From assembly GCA_964016885.1 (NCBI GenBank), contig OZ024743.1, positions 199,206,001 to 199,270,000 on the forward strand: a DNA stretch of 64,000 nucleotides. Direction: 5' to 3'. Shown here one piece after another: positions 13,388-27,405 of this stretch. The translations under genes and the position numbers were made by a program. Positions within the stretch are counted from its first letter, which is position 1; each line of letters starts with the position of its first letter. The stretch comes from Eledone cirrhosa. Lineage: Eukaryota. The notes under the pieces are model-generated. The model did not search any database. It saw only the letters and a program-made list of their open reading frames with translations, and was not told the origin of the DNA.

Positions 13388-15369
13388 ATGGCTACGAAAA
13401 AGAATTTGCATAGGTCACTCCCACTCATTCCGTCTTCTTCTTCCTCAATCGTCACTACAGCAGAGAGAAGATTGTCTCTCTCCCTCCCTTCTCTAAATGT
13501 GTTTCTCTCCCTCCCTTCTCTTTCGCAAGCGACGCCAGAAAAGAAAGATCACGTGCAAAGCGTGCAAGATTTCTCCACGACGACGACGACAACGACGAAA
13601 AAGGTGTGCGGGAAATACAAAAACCCATTTCATTCGTCTGACGCCAGGAATAATAGCAGTAGCAGCCGTAATAACAGCAGCAACTTTGACAAGGAAAACA
13701 ACAGTAGCAGCCGCAACAGTGACAAGGAACACAGCAGTAGCAGCCGCAACAGCATCAGCAGCAGCAGCATATACAACAACAGCATTAGCAGCAACAACAA
13801 CAGCAGCAGCAGCAGCAAAAACAACAACAACCACAGCAACAGCGGCGGCGGCAGTAGTCGTAGTACCTGCAGCAACAACAAAATTAACAGCAGCTCTGAC
13901 GACAACAACAACAACAACAGCAGCAAAGAAAAACCAATCTCGTTTGCAGGTATCGCAAAGAACCTGGAAACCATCCTCATAACAAATGAGGAATTAGAGG
14001 AAGCGAAGAAGATAGTGACAAAGACTGGACACCGAGCAATCTGCAAGGCAGCCGAAAAATTTTTCGAAACCCAACAGCACTGTACGGTCACGTACCGTAC
14101 AGTAAGCACAAAATCCCGTAGGGTTGAAAGAGCCACAGAGGCTCAAATACAAAAAGCCTTAGGGTCTGTGTGGCAGCGGAAAACGCACATCACCCGAGGC
14201 AAGAAATATGCCACCGTAGTCGTGCTTTTTACAACACCCAAGGAGGCAAAGGCTCAATCCTTAGTGACCCTAAGGAGCGAGAAAATGGTCTGGTGCCCTC
14301 ATACTGCGGGCAAAAAATTGTGAGGGTCAAACTGACCCACGTCCCCCTCGGGATCGCCCCTTCTTGGCTGGCCGCGTCTGTCCTCGTCGGAATCGAGGAC
14401 AAAACAACTGTACTGCAAGTACAGAAAAAAGTAAGAGAAGATTGGGTCGGCACCTCCATTGAGATGTTAAACCAAACCAACCAGGAGTGCATCGAAGCTA
14501 TCCAGGATGTGATAGACTTCGATAACGGCACTCAAGTGCCCATAAGTGTTGAGGGCAAACGCCCGAAATGCTTTCGCTGTGGATCGAAGACTCACCTCAG
14601 GGCCTTCTGCAACGAGAAGACCCTGAGAAATGAGAAAACCCCCTTCCTTCCGAAACCGGCTCCACGGCTACCAACAACAGGACAAGCGGCAACCAGGAAC
14701 GATAGGTCCGTGGCACCCATACCCACGCCACGGAAATCAAAAACAGCAGCAGCAGTGGAAGTATTAACAACAACAACAGCAATACCAAATGCAGCTGCAA
14801 CAGAGACTCCAGTGCAAACATCACCAACAACAACAAGTGAAAGAGTGGAGCTGGTACCCCTCCCCGACCTCACAGAATCAGACATGGAGTGTGAGGTGGG
14901 AGAGGGATGACAAAATGTCGTAAGAAGGCACAAACGCAGAAGCAGCGCATCGTCGCCTTCGAAAAGGGAGGAAAGAAATGAAAAAAGGGTAAAGGCTACT
15001 GCAAAGAGACTCACAGCAGCAACACCACCAACACCATCACCACCCACACTAGCACCACCAACACCACCGGCGACAACCCCACCGCCAACAACAACAACAC
15101 CTTCAACACCACCACCACAAACACCAACATCGCAAACACAACAACAAAACACACACACCCAGCAACAACGACAAGAAAATAGCAGAATCACACCCCACCC
15201 CCAGAAAAACAAATGCACGGCAATAAATACACACAACAAGAAACTAATGACTTACATAATTGAACACACAGACATTTCACAACACGACTACATAATACCA
15301 GCACCAATCAAAACGCCAACTAACATAAGACTGCTAAAAAATATCACAGAAACAATACACAAACATTAA
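13388..15369 (+). pseudogene. Tx1-type ORF1 (gag-like, frameshifted and with a stop)
   Basis: S/N-rich N-terminus, CFRCGSKTHLRAFC zinc knuckle at about 14570, P/T-rich C-terminus; split among ORFs 13352-14323 and 14170-14910. Confidence 0.75.
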
Positions 15370-15591
15370 AACGAAATTCCCCAACGCAGTTGGTGATTTC
15401 AGATACCTAGGAGGGACTCTCAACCGAAGAGTATATTCGGACATACTCATAGAAGAGCCGACGACCAGCTGAAGGGATGATTCAACGGTCCCTTCACCAG
15501 ACGATCAAGTGAAAAGGGATGGAAAAACCATCCTTCCTCTACGAAAAGTACGGTAAGTGGTCTTTCCCATCTTTTCCACTCTATTTTAAAC

Positions 15592-18500
15592 ATGACCTCA
15601 CTCAGAATAGGCAGCTTAAATGCGCGTGGCTTGGGGTCGTCATGGAAGCAGGGTCACCTGCTCAATGTACTCAGGTCACTAAACATAGATGTAGTGGCCA
15701 TCAGCGAGACCAGAATCTCCGAAGCACGGGCCTTCGCACCGGTCTTCGGCGGCTACGATGTGTACGCATCTCCCAGCCGTCCTGGATCGGGGGGGGGGGG
15801 GACTTGCTGTGCTTTTTCGGAGAGGTTTGGATCTCGCCATACGGGCCATCTTCCTGGACCCAGAGGGTAAGTTGGTGGTGCTGGACGTGACCAGCGGAGA
15901 CGGGCAAGCTTTCAGGCTAGTGGCCGACTATGCTCCGACAGGAGCATAGACGGCCTGATTTCTTCCGGCGTCTGGAGACCTTTCTTGGAACGTTCCGCTC
16001 TTTAGTGTTAGTGGCCGACTGGAACAGGATCTTAGATGCACGCTGGGAATGTGTGGGATTAGCGGATAGGGGGTGGAGGGTACAAGAGCCTCACCAACCT
16101 GCTCAGGCGTTTTGAACTGTCTGACAGGTACCGATTGGATTTCCCGAATGTGCCAATGTGGACTTGGACAAATCGCGTAGGGTCATCCAGATCATATCTA
16201 GATAGAGTATTTTGTAGGGAAATAGATAGGTCTAGCATAGGCTGTCCACAATTCAAGAGAGTCAGCTACACGGACCACAAATTCGTGATCTGTGTGCTTG
16301 ACTTAGATAGGCTTCATAGACGAAGACCCGGCTACTGGAAGCTAAACGCGTCCTTACCAGCGCGCAAGGCCTACAGAGACCGGATTAGCGAACTAGTTAA
16401 GCGGGCGTTGACGGGGCCATCGTCAACAACAAGTGGTGGTTTGCTCTGAAAAGAGCGATTAGAATAGAATCGATTAGGTTTAGTAAGGCTTTAGCAATAG
16501 AGAAAAATAGAGCAGAGGGAGAACTTTTTAGAAAATTAGACGAGGCGCTTAGCAAAGGCATTGCGACCGACGTGCTTGCGGCGAAATTGGCCCTTGACCA
16601 ATTCTTCAATGCAAAGCACGAAGGCTGCGTTGTCAGAGCTAGGGTGCGTGCTCTCAGACACGAGGGGACGAAAGCCGTTCAATGGGCTCGACTGGCGGAG
16701 GGGCGTCGTGGCAACAAAGCCACGATCCGGTCTTTGGTGGACCACGACGGGCGCATGCTACTTGATCCCGGGCAAATGTGTGAAGCTTTTCAGCGACATT
16801 TCGCACAGCTGTTCGGGGGCAGTGGCGGGCCGGGTCGAGGGATGGACTTTAGTGTCTACCTCGACGGACTGCCGCGGCTCTCGGCTACTGAGGCGGAGTG
16901 TTGCGAAAAGCCGATAACAGCCGCTGAAGTAAGGGAGGCAATGACTGACTGAACAAGGGATAAATCGCCTGGTTTGGATGGTCTGCCCTATGAACTTTAC
17001 GTACAGATGCCAGACCTGTTCGGAGGCCTCTTGGCGGACGTCTACTGCAACTGGCAACAGAACGGGAGAATTCCCAGTTCTGTGAGCCGAGGAGCGGTGG
17101 CACTGCTGAGAAAGGATCCGAACAAGGGGGATAACATAGATAATTTCAGGCCCATATCTCTGCTAAACACAGAGTTCAAGATTTTGGCCAAGGTGCTAGC
17201 AAAGAGGTTGGCGCTTGTCGTTGGTGGTCTGGTGGGAGAGGCGCAGACAAGCGCCATTCCCGACAGATCCATCCACGACAACCTCCACCTCATGCGATAC
17301 ATCGTAGAGAGGGTAGCTAGGGAACCTGGCACGGGTGGGTCCTTGATCAATTTAGATCAGTCGAAAGCTTTCGATAGGGTCGACCATCGTTACCTAGCGG
17401 CAGTCCTGAGGGCGGCTGGCTTTAGGCCTGTCTTTAGAAGCTGGATCGCTGCCATTCACAGCGACATCTGCTCTGTGGTGAGAGTGAACGGTCACCTTTC
17501 GGAACCGTTCAACAGCATGCGCTCGGCCCGCCAAGGATGTCCCCTCTCGTCCCTCTTGTACTTATTGTCTCTCGAGCCATTACTGCGCAAACTGGAGACG
17601 TTGAGGGGCGTCCCGCACGAACTAGGATGCGGAATATCCGTGTCAGCATATGCGGACGATGTCACCGTAGTGGTGTCGAACGCCAAACACATCGAGGCGA
17701 TCGGCACTACACTACGAGAATACGAAGCGGTGACAGGAGCAATGATCAACCAGGAAAAGTCAGTGGGCCTGCAACTCGGCATCTGGAGAGGCAGGTCCAT
17801 GCCGTCCAACAGCGTCGTCGGACGCTGGACGGACGGACCAGTTAAATTGCTAGGGGTCTGGTTCTGTCCGGACCTCCAGACAGACAAAAACTGGGATGAG
17901 GTGACGAGCAGGGTGGCTTCTCTCACCCAGAAATGGGCGGAGAGGAAGCTATCCCTGAAAGGTCGAGCGGAGGTGGCTAACGCGTACATCGCGTCTGTCA
18001 TCTGCTAATGCCTGACCGTCGTACCTTGTCCTAAGCCCCACCTGACTGCGCTGGAGCGTTTGCTCTTTCTCTTTTTGTGGAAGGGTCACGCTCCGATGGT
18101 CAGGCGGTCCATCTGCTGTCAACACCCGCTACGTGGAGGGCTGGGCATGCCGTGGCTGATGATGTGCTGATGATGCCAGTTTGGGATAAACTCTACAGGC
18201 ATGGAGGTGCCGTCAGCCGGGCATGTTCGAGATGCGCGCAGGGCGACGAAACCGTCCTGCATGCACTCGTCCAGTGGCCGACAATTGCTGACTTGTGGGT
18301 TTATGTCGAACACCTGCTGTCGCATTTTAGGACGGATCCGGCTTATCATCTGAGTCCATCGTGAGCATTGCCCCGCCCTCTTCCTTTAGCCGGGAAGGGC
18401 AGGCAGTTTTTATCTGTCTGGTGGCCATGGCAAAAGAGATATTATGGTGGACACGTTTGAAAGGGCTGAAGACGAGCACTTACCACTTCGGTGATGCCCT

Positions 18501-18642
18501 GATTAACTTTTTCAAATTTCATTTGAAAAGGAAAATCAGGGTAGAGAGGTAAGTGCTCTCTTCCCAGCATTTTGTTGAAAGATGGGTGAGAGAAGCAAGA
18601 ATGGCCCGAGTGAATGGGCCTACTCTGAGTATGTGTCTGTAA
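15592..18642 (+). pseudogene. Tx1-type ORF2 (AP endonuclease plus reverse transcriptase), multiply frameshifted
   Basis: SLNARGL, ISET, SYLDRV, TDHK and YWKLN (APE); DGLPYELY, NFRPISLLN, DQSKAFDRV, RQGCPLS and YADD at 17649 (RT); CSRC..GDETVLH. Sequence appears missing near 18165. Confidence 0.92.
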
Positions 18643-18887
18643 ATTGACGGTGGAAAACTGGGAGAGGGCACTTGCCTTGGTGGTCAGGGTCACTGTGGCC
18701 TTTTACTGGGCTTTCTCCACAAATGTCCCTCGGAAGTCTCCCCCCTATTGGGGAATTTTTCTTTGTTATTTTATTACATCCTCTGTTTTTTTTTACATGC
18801 AGAAATGCCCATTTGTACCGTGCTGTATTGTCCTGTACTGTCCTTAATGTCTACTTTATGTAAACCCTTGTGATTAATAAAGAAAAC

Positions 18888-18899
18888 ATTATCATTGTT

Positions 18900-18949
<50 letters not shown>

Positions 18950-18955
18950 CATTAT
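18888..18955. repeat. (ATC)n microsatellite
   Basis: Direct reading; abuts the 3' end of the Tx1 element. Confidence 0.95.
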
Positions 18956-19644
18956 GGCTTTTAATCAGTATTATCAAAATACATTATTATTGTTGTTTTT
19001 AGTATTGCACTTTTTCATTTTTGTTGTTGTTGTGACTATCATTGTGATTATTCTCGTTGTTGCTTCCTGTTAGCAAAAAGCTTTCAATATATTTTCTAAT
19101 ATACCAGTATTTTCATGGCACTCCAAATCACAAAGAAACAAAAAGAAAAATCAAAACAAAAAAATGATAAATAAAGCCCATTGAATGCAAACAAAAAAAA
19201 AAGAACAAGAAAACACAAAAACAAAATAAAGAAGAAAAAACACAGTAATTTGTTCGACAAATAAACAAAATTTATTAAAATGTTATTATGTCATTTTTAA
19301 TATCATATATAGGCAAAGTTGAATAGAAACCTTTTGGTTTGTACCAGGATTCCATTCAGTGAGAGTTTTGATGAGATAATATTGACCGAAATGGGAGATG
19401 AGTTTTCTACTTCACTGAATAAACTTGGGTTACACATTTGTCTATTCAGAATAGCAATTTTGAAGACATTTCTGCTCCCCTCCTCTACAAATAGATATCA
19501 TAAGAAGAAAGACATCAGTGAAAATAAAATTGAATAAACATTAGAGATAAACAAGTAATCAAAAAGAAACAATGAAATAAATAAATGAATAAAGTCTTTA
19601 TTGAAATGTATTAAAGTTTTTTTATTTTAATTTTTTTGTTGTAT

Positions 19645-19718
19645 TATATATATATGTGTGTATATATATATATATGCATTCATATATATGTATATATATA
19701 TGCATGTATATATGTATA

Positions 19719-19767
<49 letters not shown>

Positions 19768-19912
19768 GTATATGCATGCATATATATTTGTATATTATTT
19801 TTTATTTTGTTGTAAACTACTTAACAGTGTGTCAGATTTGAGTATCAGCCATTAATCATATTTTCTCCAATCAGATTAATTTTAATGAGAGACAAAATAT
19901 AAAAAAAATCAC

Positions 19913-19958
<46 letters not shown>

Positions 19959-19961
19959 TTA

Positions 19962-20027
<66 letters not shown>

Positions 20028-20030
20028 TAA

Positions 20031-20088
<58 letters not shown>

Positions 20089-20113
20089 GTGATTTTTTAT
20101 ATATATATATTTA

Positions 20114-20144
<31 letters not shown>

Positions 20145-20195
20145 CTATATATTTATATATATACATACATATACACACACACACACACATATATG

Positions 20196-20227
<32 letters not shown>

Positions 20228-20245
20228 CATATATATGTATGTATG
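19645..20245. repeat. (TA)n and (CA)n microsatellite arrays
   Basis: Direct reading. Confidence 0.95.
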
Positions 20246-21364
20246 AATAAAATCATAAATAAATAAAATAGATGAATAAAAATAAAGGATGAAAGAAAGA
20301 AAGGAAGAGAGAAAAGAAAGAATGTGCAATGATAAAGAAATGGAGGACAATATGGAGTTGACAAATTTTTGAATGCTTCTGGATATTTTAAATGGATTAA
20401 AATGCTTCTTAAATGTTGATAATTGAATACTATTTATGAATTGGTGTAGAAATTACACATTTACTTGCGATTCGTTTAGCATACGACTGGAATGGCAGAA
20501 AATCTTTGAATGCTGTCTTTTTTTTTTGTTCCTTTGTTGTCATTTTCCTGTTTTGTTTTATTTTTTTGTTATTTTGTCACTCATTTTTGTTGTTTTCTGA
20601 GACAGGAGTTATATTTGTAGTATCATTAATTCTTTATTGATAGTGAGAGATAAATTTGGTATTATTTTTATTTTTATTTCTTTTGCTTTTGGTTTTTTTT
20701 TTTTACATTTTTTTTACATAGAACTAATTTTATCACAGTAACAAGACAAAATATATGACCTCTCAAGTAATGATTCTTGTGTTGAGTTTCAAATAGAAGT
20801 CTAGAGATTATAAAAGTCAATAAGTTAAAAGGTTTATCATGTCATCACGATACAGCTAGTTGGCTCCTTGTCTCTGGTTGCTTTACTAATAAAAAGATAA
20901 AGTAATTTTCAACCAGATAAAATATTGTGTATTTTTTTCCCCAAAGGTAAATTTGGTTCAATATATGACTACAAGAAACCTCAATATACAATTACTATTC
21001 CATATATTGAACACTTTCATTAGTTCTATGATACAAAGATATTTATCACCATCGTTTAGATGACTTTTCCATGTTGACATAGTTTAGAGGGAAATTTTTG
21101 AAGCAATGTTTTACAGCTAGATGCCCTTTCTGATACTTTTAGTCACTCCTTATGACAGGCAGGGATATGGTCACTCCTTATAACAAGCAGGGATATGGTG
21201 ATTTATTCTAAACAGAAAACCCTTTCATCACAGCTTTTTGTAAGAATCTTTGATAAGATGTAATCCAAACACCAGTTTAATAATGGGAAAGTTAGTTATA
21301 TTAAATCCCTCAAAATTCATGATTATTTTCAAAATGATAACCAGTGTCTTTCATTATAAATATA

Positions 21365-21755
21365 ATAATGGTTTCTACTATAAGCATATGGCCAACAATT
21401 TTAGGGGAGGGGAAAGTCGATTAAATAGACCCCAGTGCATTACTGGTGCTTTAGTTTATCAATCTTGTAAGGATGAAAGGCAAAGCTAAGCTCGGTGGCA
21501 TGTGAACTCAGAACATAAAGGACCATAACTCTGTGCTGCAAACCTTGATGTCTGACGCTCTACTGATTTTGTCAATTCACCACCCTTAGAAACATAATAA
21601 TCCATTATGAATATAATAATAGTTTCTACTTTTGGCACAAGGCCAGCAATTACCCAGTGTATTACTGGTACTTTATTTTATCGATCCTGTAAGGATGAAT
21701 ATAATAATTGTTTCTACTATTGGCACAAGGCCAGAAATTACCCAGTACATTACTG
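21365..21755 (-). mobile_element. Old family-1 SINE plus two tandem 3' fragments
   Basis: Reverse-complement consensus match; tttctac..tggcacaaggccagc repeated at about 21620 and 21710. Confidence 0.75.
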
Positions 21756-23561
21756 AGAAATATGTTAATCATAAACAGCATCAAGGAAAGGGATATAGAT
21801 AATTAGACTAAATTCCTTATTGTATATTTCACCTCACACCTCTCTCCCACACACATTACTTCAAGTCCTGCCAGATTTGACATTGCATTCATTTGTAGTT
21901 GTAGTGAATTAGAAGAAGCTTTTTATGCCTGTAGTGAATTAGAAGAAGCTTTTTATGCCTGCTTTATGCTGTCAAAGTCAAAGTCTATATGGGTTGGAGA
22001 ACCACATTTTACTCATTAATTCCATGTTTTGGCATGGTTTACATGGCTAAATGCCCTTCCTGATGCAAATCATTTTGCAAAGTGTTCTGGGTGCATAACA
22101 TTTTGGAACGAACACTACTACGTTACAGAACATTCTGGGTGCATTTTATAGGGAAACCAACACTACTACTATACAGAATATACTGGGTGCATTTTATTGT
22201 AGCATCAACACTATCATTTTACAGAGAGTACTGTAAGTATTTTATCATGGCACCACCACTGTATAATTATATATTATTTTTCATTATTTCCTATACACTA
22301 ACAGAAAATAGACCTCTACCAGTTTTGTTGGTTCTATAATTCAATAGCAAATACCACATGGATTGTGAGTAAAGGTTAAAAGATACAACACTAATAGAGT
22401 GAACATTAACAAATTTGCTACACAGTATTACTAAAAACTAAAATTTCTTTGAGGGTTTTTGAATACACAACTTTTGTGCATTCATCCCACACTTCCCAGG
22501 ACAGATCAAGAGGCCGATCACCATTCTTTTTGTAATTAGATGAAGACTACAATATATATTTTGAATAGTGCCCTCTACCAAGACCTGAATGCATCCCTTA
22601 TTATACCCTATACTACAGATTTTGGTAATCTTATTCACACCAATCTCCAATTTGGTAAATTTTTTTCAGATCTGTGAAGACTAGGTGAAATGTGCATTGG
22701 CAACATACATACATCAGGGCTGGCAATAGTCTGCCAAGATAACATCTAGTTGACTATCAGAATCATTATAGTGTTGGGTAGGATGTCTTGTGGTATTTGT
22801 TCTGACTCATTACATTGTAAGTTAAAATCTGGTCATGGCTTACTTGAATGATAGATGTAATCTGTGCCCTGGTTTACCCTGTTTGATACCAAACCACCTA
22901 AAACTGGCCTTGGTTTTATGATACAAAACTGCTTGTATTAAAATGGATATATTTATCTAAAAGCCTTCTACCATAATCTTATGCAAGAAATTTTGTTAAG
23001 TTATACACCACGCAGATTAATCATGAAATAATTAGTTATATTAATTAATACATCACTACATTTTCTTGATTATTTTCAAAATTATTTGAAAATCATAGAC
23101 AGGGTTTTTTGTGAGAAATATGGTAACACTTGTCAGCTCTTGAAAGACATTACTAGAGTTCATTTTGATGCAAGCATTTGGACCAGGCCTCCTATCTGAA
23201 CGTAATTTCATCTCTTCTTTCTTTTAAAATTAGAGGCTCTGAATAGAGTCATAGGCACTGCTCTTGCTCCAGACTAAGTGATAAAAATATCATACATTTA
23301 TTCGTTTTATAATCTTTAGTATTAGAAAATAATTGTTGATATTTTATTTTGCATGCTTTTGTAGTTATACTACTTATTTTTTTTATTTCTGTTATCTTAT
23401 ATTTTTCTTTCTTTTTTTATTATTTCATATTTACACCTTAGTTGTTTTGATTTTATATATCCCTTTAAACCCTTACATTACCATATTTCTAATGACAGAC
23501 ACTGTCTAAGATTTACAAAGAATCTTGGAAATAGTCATGAATTTGGAGGAATTTACTAATA

Positions 23562-23716
23562 TACTATATTTCCTGGCGCTATAGATGCACCCTAATTTTG
23601 ACAACCAAAAATTTGAAAAAAAATAATAAACAACCTTCAGCCTCCAGGATGCATAGTAGATTTTTGAGATGTAATTTAGGAAAAAGGTAGTGTCTTTGAT
23701 GCTGGGAAATACGGTA
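23562..23716. mobile_element. Pogo/Tigger-type MITE
   Basis: Imperfect TIRs tactatatttcctggc / gctgggaaatacggta with TA termini. Confidence 0.6.
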
Positions 23717-23734
23717 AGTAACAACTCCTGTAGA

Positions 23735-23970
23735 GTGGGCAAGTAATTAGAATGTCCAATGAAAGAAACGCTGGAGAGATTTTATGTGCAAAACCAACTG
23801 GCAGAAAGCCCAGGGGTAGACCCTGAGCAGGATGGTTGAATAACATCCGTAAGCTCAGCAGGTAACACTTGGGGATCCAGCTGGATCAGTTGGAAATGGT
23901 TGCTTCTGACAGGACCTGCTGGAAGGAGTGTTTCAGGGCTCTGCCCACATGACACTCTCAGGAATAAGTG
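23735..23970 (+). mobile_element. Old RTE-clade (Expander/Rex3-like) 3' ORF fragment
   Basis: Translates to RMSNER...PTGRKPRGRP*AGW...LGIQLDQLEMVASDRTCW, a typical RTE C-terminus. Confidence 0.65.
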
Positions 23971-24065
23971 AACAAAGGATGAGCAGGAGGAGGAGCAGGA
24001 GGAGAAGAAGTAACTTTCTTATTATTAAACTGTTTGTTTGATTACCTTTTATCAAAGTTTCTTAT

Positions 24066-24476
24066 AAGAAAATATAATTGTTTCTACTTTTGGCACAAGG
24101 CCAGCAATTACCACTGTATTACTGGTACTTTATTTTATTGACCCCGTAAGGATGAAAGGCAAAGTTAACCTCGGCGGGATTTGAACTCAGAACACAAAGC
24201 GTAACTCTATGCTGCAAAGCATGGTGTCCGACCCTCTACCGATACTGCCAATCCACCGCCCTACAAGAAATATAATTGTTTCTACTTTAGGCACAAGGCC
24301 AGCAATTCCCCAGTGTATTACTGGTACTTTATTTTATCGACACCGTAAGGATGAAAGGAAAAGTTAAGCTCGGCGGGATTTGAACTCAGATCGTAAAGGG
24401 ACGTAACTATGCTGGAAAGCATGCCGTTCGACCCTCTACCGATACTGCCAATCCACCGCCCTACAAGAAATATAAT
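24066..24476 (-). mobile_element. Two head-to-tail family-1 SINEs sharing a triplicated target site
   Basis: SINEs at 24079-24262 and 24277-24462; aagaaatataat-like sequence present before, between and after them. Confidence 0.9.
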
Positions 24477-25108
24477 GGAAGGAATTTACATAAATATAAA
24501 CACTATAAAATGAGCAGTTTTGTATTATAAAAACTTAGGAATTTCAGAGGATTTGATATGAAAGGGGTCAATTCGTATATGTTTAAAATTCTTATTTTTT
24601 GCATATTTTACAATTTTTTGGGGGGGTTATATTCTAATATTTTGTTAATCGATTTTGAAAAAAAATATATATCTATTTCATTCTTTAAATATTTTTTAGA
24701 CGATTAAAAAAATTATATTTGCATTATGTTTTCTTTAATTTAGTTTTTTATCATGTTCTTATTTTTTCTTTTAATTTTTCTGATTTCTGAATGAAACATG
24801 TATATTATATTATTTATAGTTATTTTTATTTATATTCATTTTTATTTAATTTTATTTTTATTTATTTTAATTTATATTTATATTTATTTATTTTTCATTA
24901 TTTCATTTATTCTGTTATTGCTTTTATGATATTTTTATTATACTTTTTTCTCCTTCATATATCTATTTACTTATTTCATCTTTTGTTAATTTTATTATTA
25001 ATCTACTTATTTATTACAATAATAACAATAACACCACCAATAATGATAACAACCAGGACCAGCACCAGCACCACCAGCACCAGCACCACCAGCACCACCA
25101 CCACAATC

Positions 25109-25140
<32 letters not shown>

Positions 25141-25184
25141 CATCATCATCCTCATCATCATCATCATCAGCAGCAGCAGCATCA

Positions 25185-26082
25185 TGAGTGGACTGACAGT
25201 ATTGGTAGAACGTAACCATTCTTCACAGCATAGAACTGAGGCCCTTTATGTTCTGAGTTCAACTTCAGGATATGATTATGTAAAATAAGTGCTGTGGTGC
25301 TTGTGGTATGTAAGGTATTGTCTGCTGATTGTCTACAATACGATGTGCAGGTAGTATACGGTATGAGTTATAGTATCAGGTAGTATTAATATTACAAAAA
25401 TTATTAGTATTATTATTATCAGGATGGTGGTTTGGCTACAATTTTAGAGTGTTGGACATACTAATTTGCAGTATTTAGTTACGGCCCTTTACAATCTGTG
25501 TTCAAATACCATGAAGGTTAACTTTACCTTTCATCCTTACGGGGGGTCAATAAAAGGAAGCACCAGTAATGTACTGGGGTTGATTTAATCGATTTTCACC
25601 TCCCCAAAATTTCTGGCCTTGTGCCTATATTAGAAACCATTATTATTATTACTAAGGGCGGTGAATTGGCAGTACTGGTAAAGGGTTGGACGCCATGCTT
25701 TCTAGCATAGTTACGTCCCTTTACGGTCTGAGTTCAAATCCCGTTGAGGTTAACTTTGCCTTTCATCCTTATGGGGTCGATAAAATAAAGTACCAGTAAT
25801 GTACTGGGTAATTGCTGGCCTTGTGCCAACAGTAGAAACAATTATTATTATTACTATTATTACTATCATCATCATCATTATTATCATTATTATTATTACA
25901 AAAAGGGCGGTGGATTGGCAGCATCGGTAGAGGGTCGGATGCCATGCTTTGCAGCATAGAGTTGCGTTCCTTTACAGTCTGAGTTCAAATCTTGCCCTTC
26001 ATCCTTACAGGGTCGATAAAATAAAGTAGCAGTTATGCATTGGGATAATTGCTGGCCTTGTGCTAAAAGTAGAAACAATTAT
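25185..26082 (+). mobile_element. Three tandem family-1 SINE units; the first is interrupted by a copied 261-bp segment
   Basis: Consensus motifs at about 25185-25645, 25654-25845 and 25904-26082. Confidence 0.85.
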
Positions 26083-26909
26083 TATTACAAAAAGCATATG
26101 CTCACAACAAAAAGCAACTAACTGTAAATGAGGTTGGCATTAGGAAGGGCATTCAGCTGTACAAATCAAGTCAAAATCAGTTCTGTATGAGCAAGATATA
26201 GTCACCTGATCCGGCACTGCTCACAATGGGACAACATGTCTAACCCATGCTAGCATATGAAAAATGGACGTAAAACGGTGATGATGATGATGATGATGTT
26301 TATTATCATTATCATACCAATGCCCTCCACCCTACCCTCACTAAATATATTTGAAGTTGTGATGGCTGAAATGAAACAAAATGTAAGTTTCTTTCCTAAA
26401 TCTTTCTTACTAATTTGTCTTTCTCTTCAATCGGTTAGAATCAACGGCTATTTCAGAATCGGAAGGAATGTTTCCTTCATTTAGAATTCTTTGTATGGAT
26501 GAAAATTCCATCTATTTTAACAAACCAAAGAATTTCTTTATTTGCGAAGCTGCAAAAGGAAAAAATAAAGAAACAAAAAAGCAAAAAAATAAACTTATTT
26601 AAATTTAAAAAAACAACAAAAAAAACCAGCTAAATACAAATAAACAAATGGAAAAAAAAATTCTAAAGAAGTCTGCTGTAGTAAAAATAAAGAGGGGAAT
26701 AGTAGTAGTAGAAGGGATTGAAATGGTAGGAGGTTTATAAAGAGAAATAGGAAAGGAGGGCGAGGAGGGAAGAGAGCAAAAGGCAGACAGAGCGAAAGTA
26801 TGTGAGGTATAGAGAGGGGGAAAAGAGAGTAACATTTGTGAAAGTGTGTAAGATATAGAGAAGAGATATTGAAGGGGAGGTGGAAATGAGCTTAAGTAGA
26901 AAAGTAATA

Positions 26910-27185
26910 TAGATGTGTGTAAATATGTGTGTGTTTGTGTGAGCTAGAGAGAGAAAGAGAGAGTGAGTGGGACTGAGAGAGAAAATAAGTCTGTGTTTGT
27001 GTGAGTATATGTATGGATATATGTGAGTGTGTGGGTTTGTGTGTAGATATGTATATGATTGTTTATCTGTGGGTATATGTGTCTATATGTGAATCTATGT
27101 GTGTGTGTGTATCGATTTATGTATGTATGCATGTACATATGTATCCCTATGTATGTATTAATGAATGTGTGTATATCTATTTATG

Positions 27186-27225
<40 letters not shown>

Positions 27226-27257
27226 CTTATGTATATATCTATGTGTGTCTGTGTGTG

Positions 27258-27292
<35 letters not shown>

Positions 27293-27373
27293 GTGTATGT
27301 ATATATATATATATATATGTATATACTTATATGTGTATATATATATGTATATATCTATGTGTGTCTGTGTGTG

Positions 27374-27405
<32 letters not shown>

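Larger units (their letters stand above)
13171..18888 (+). mobile_element. Near full-length, inactivated L1/Tx1-clade non-LTR retrotransposon
   Basis: 5' UTR, ORF1 with CCHC knuckle, ORF2 with APE, RT and Cys-His domains, aataaa at about 18876; GC content far above the flanks. Confidence 0.92.

Noticed and set aside
14592-18001. Antisense ORFs over the Tx1 element (and over RTE copies)
   Set aside because: Shadow frames of GC-rich retroelement coding sequence.
21145-21960. Short tandem duplications (28 bp at about 21145, 30 bp at about 21901)
   Set aside because: Ordinary slippage duplications with no further structure.
19305-22550. Short open frames after AG acceptors (19305-19485 minus, 20450-20515 plus, 22420-22548 minus)
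   Set aside because: No consistent donor or phase chain and no recognisable family; such frames are expected by chance.
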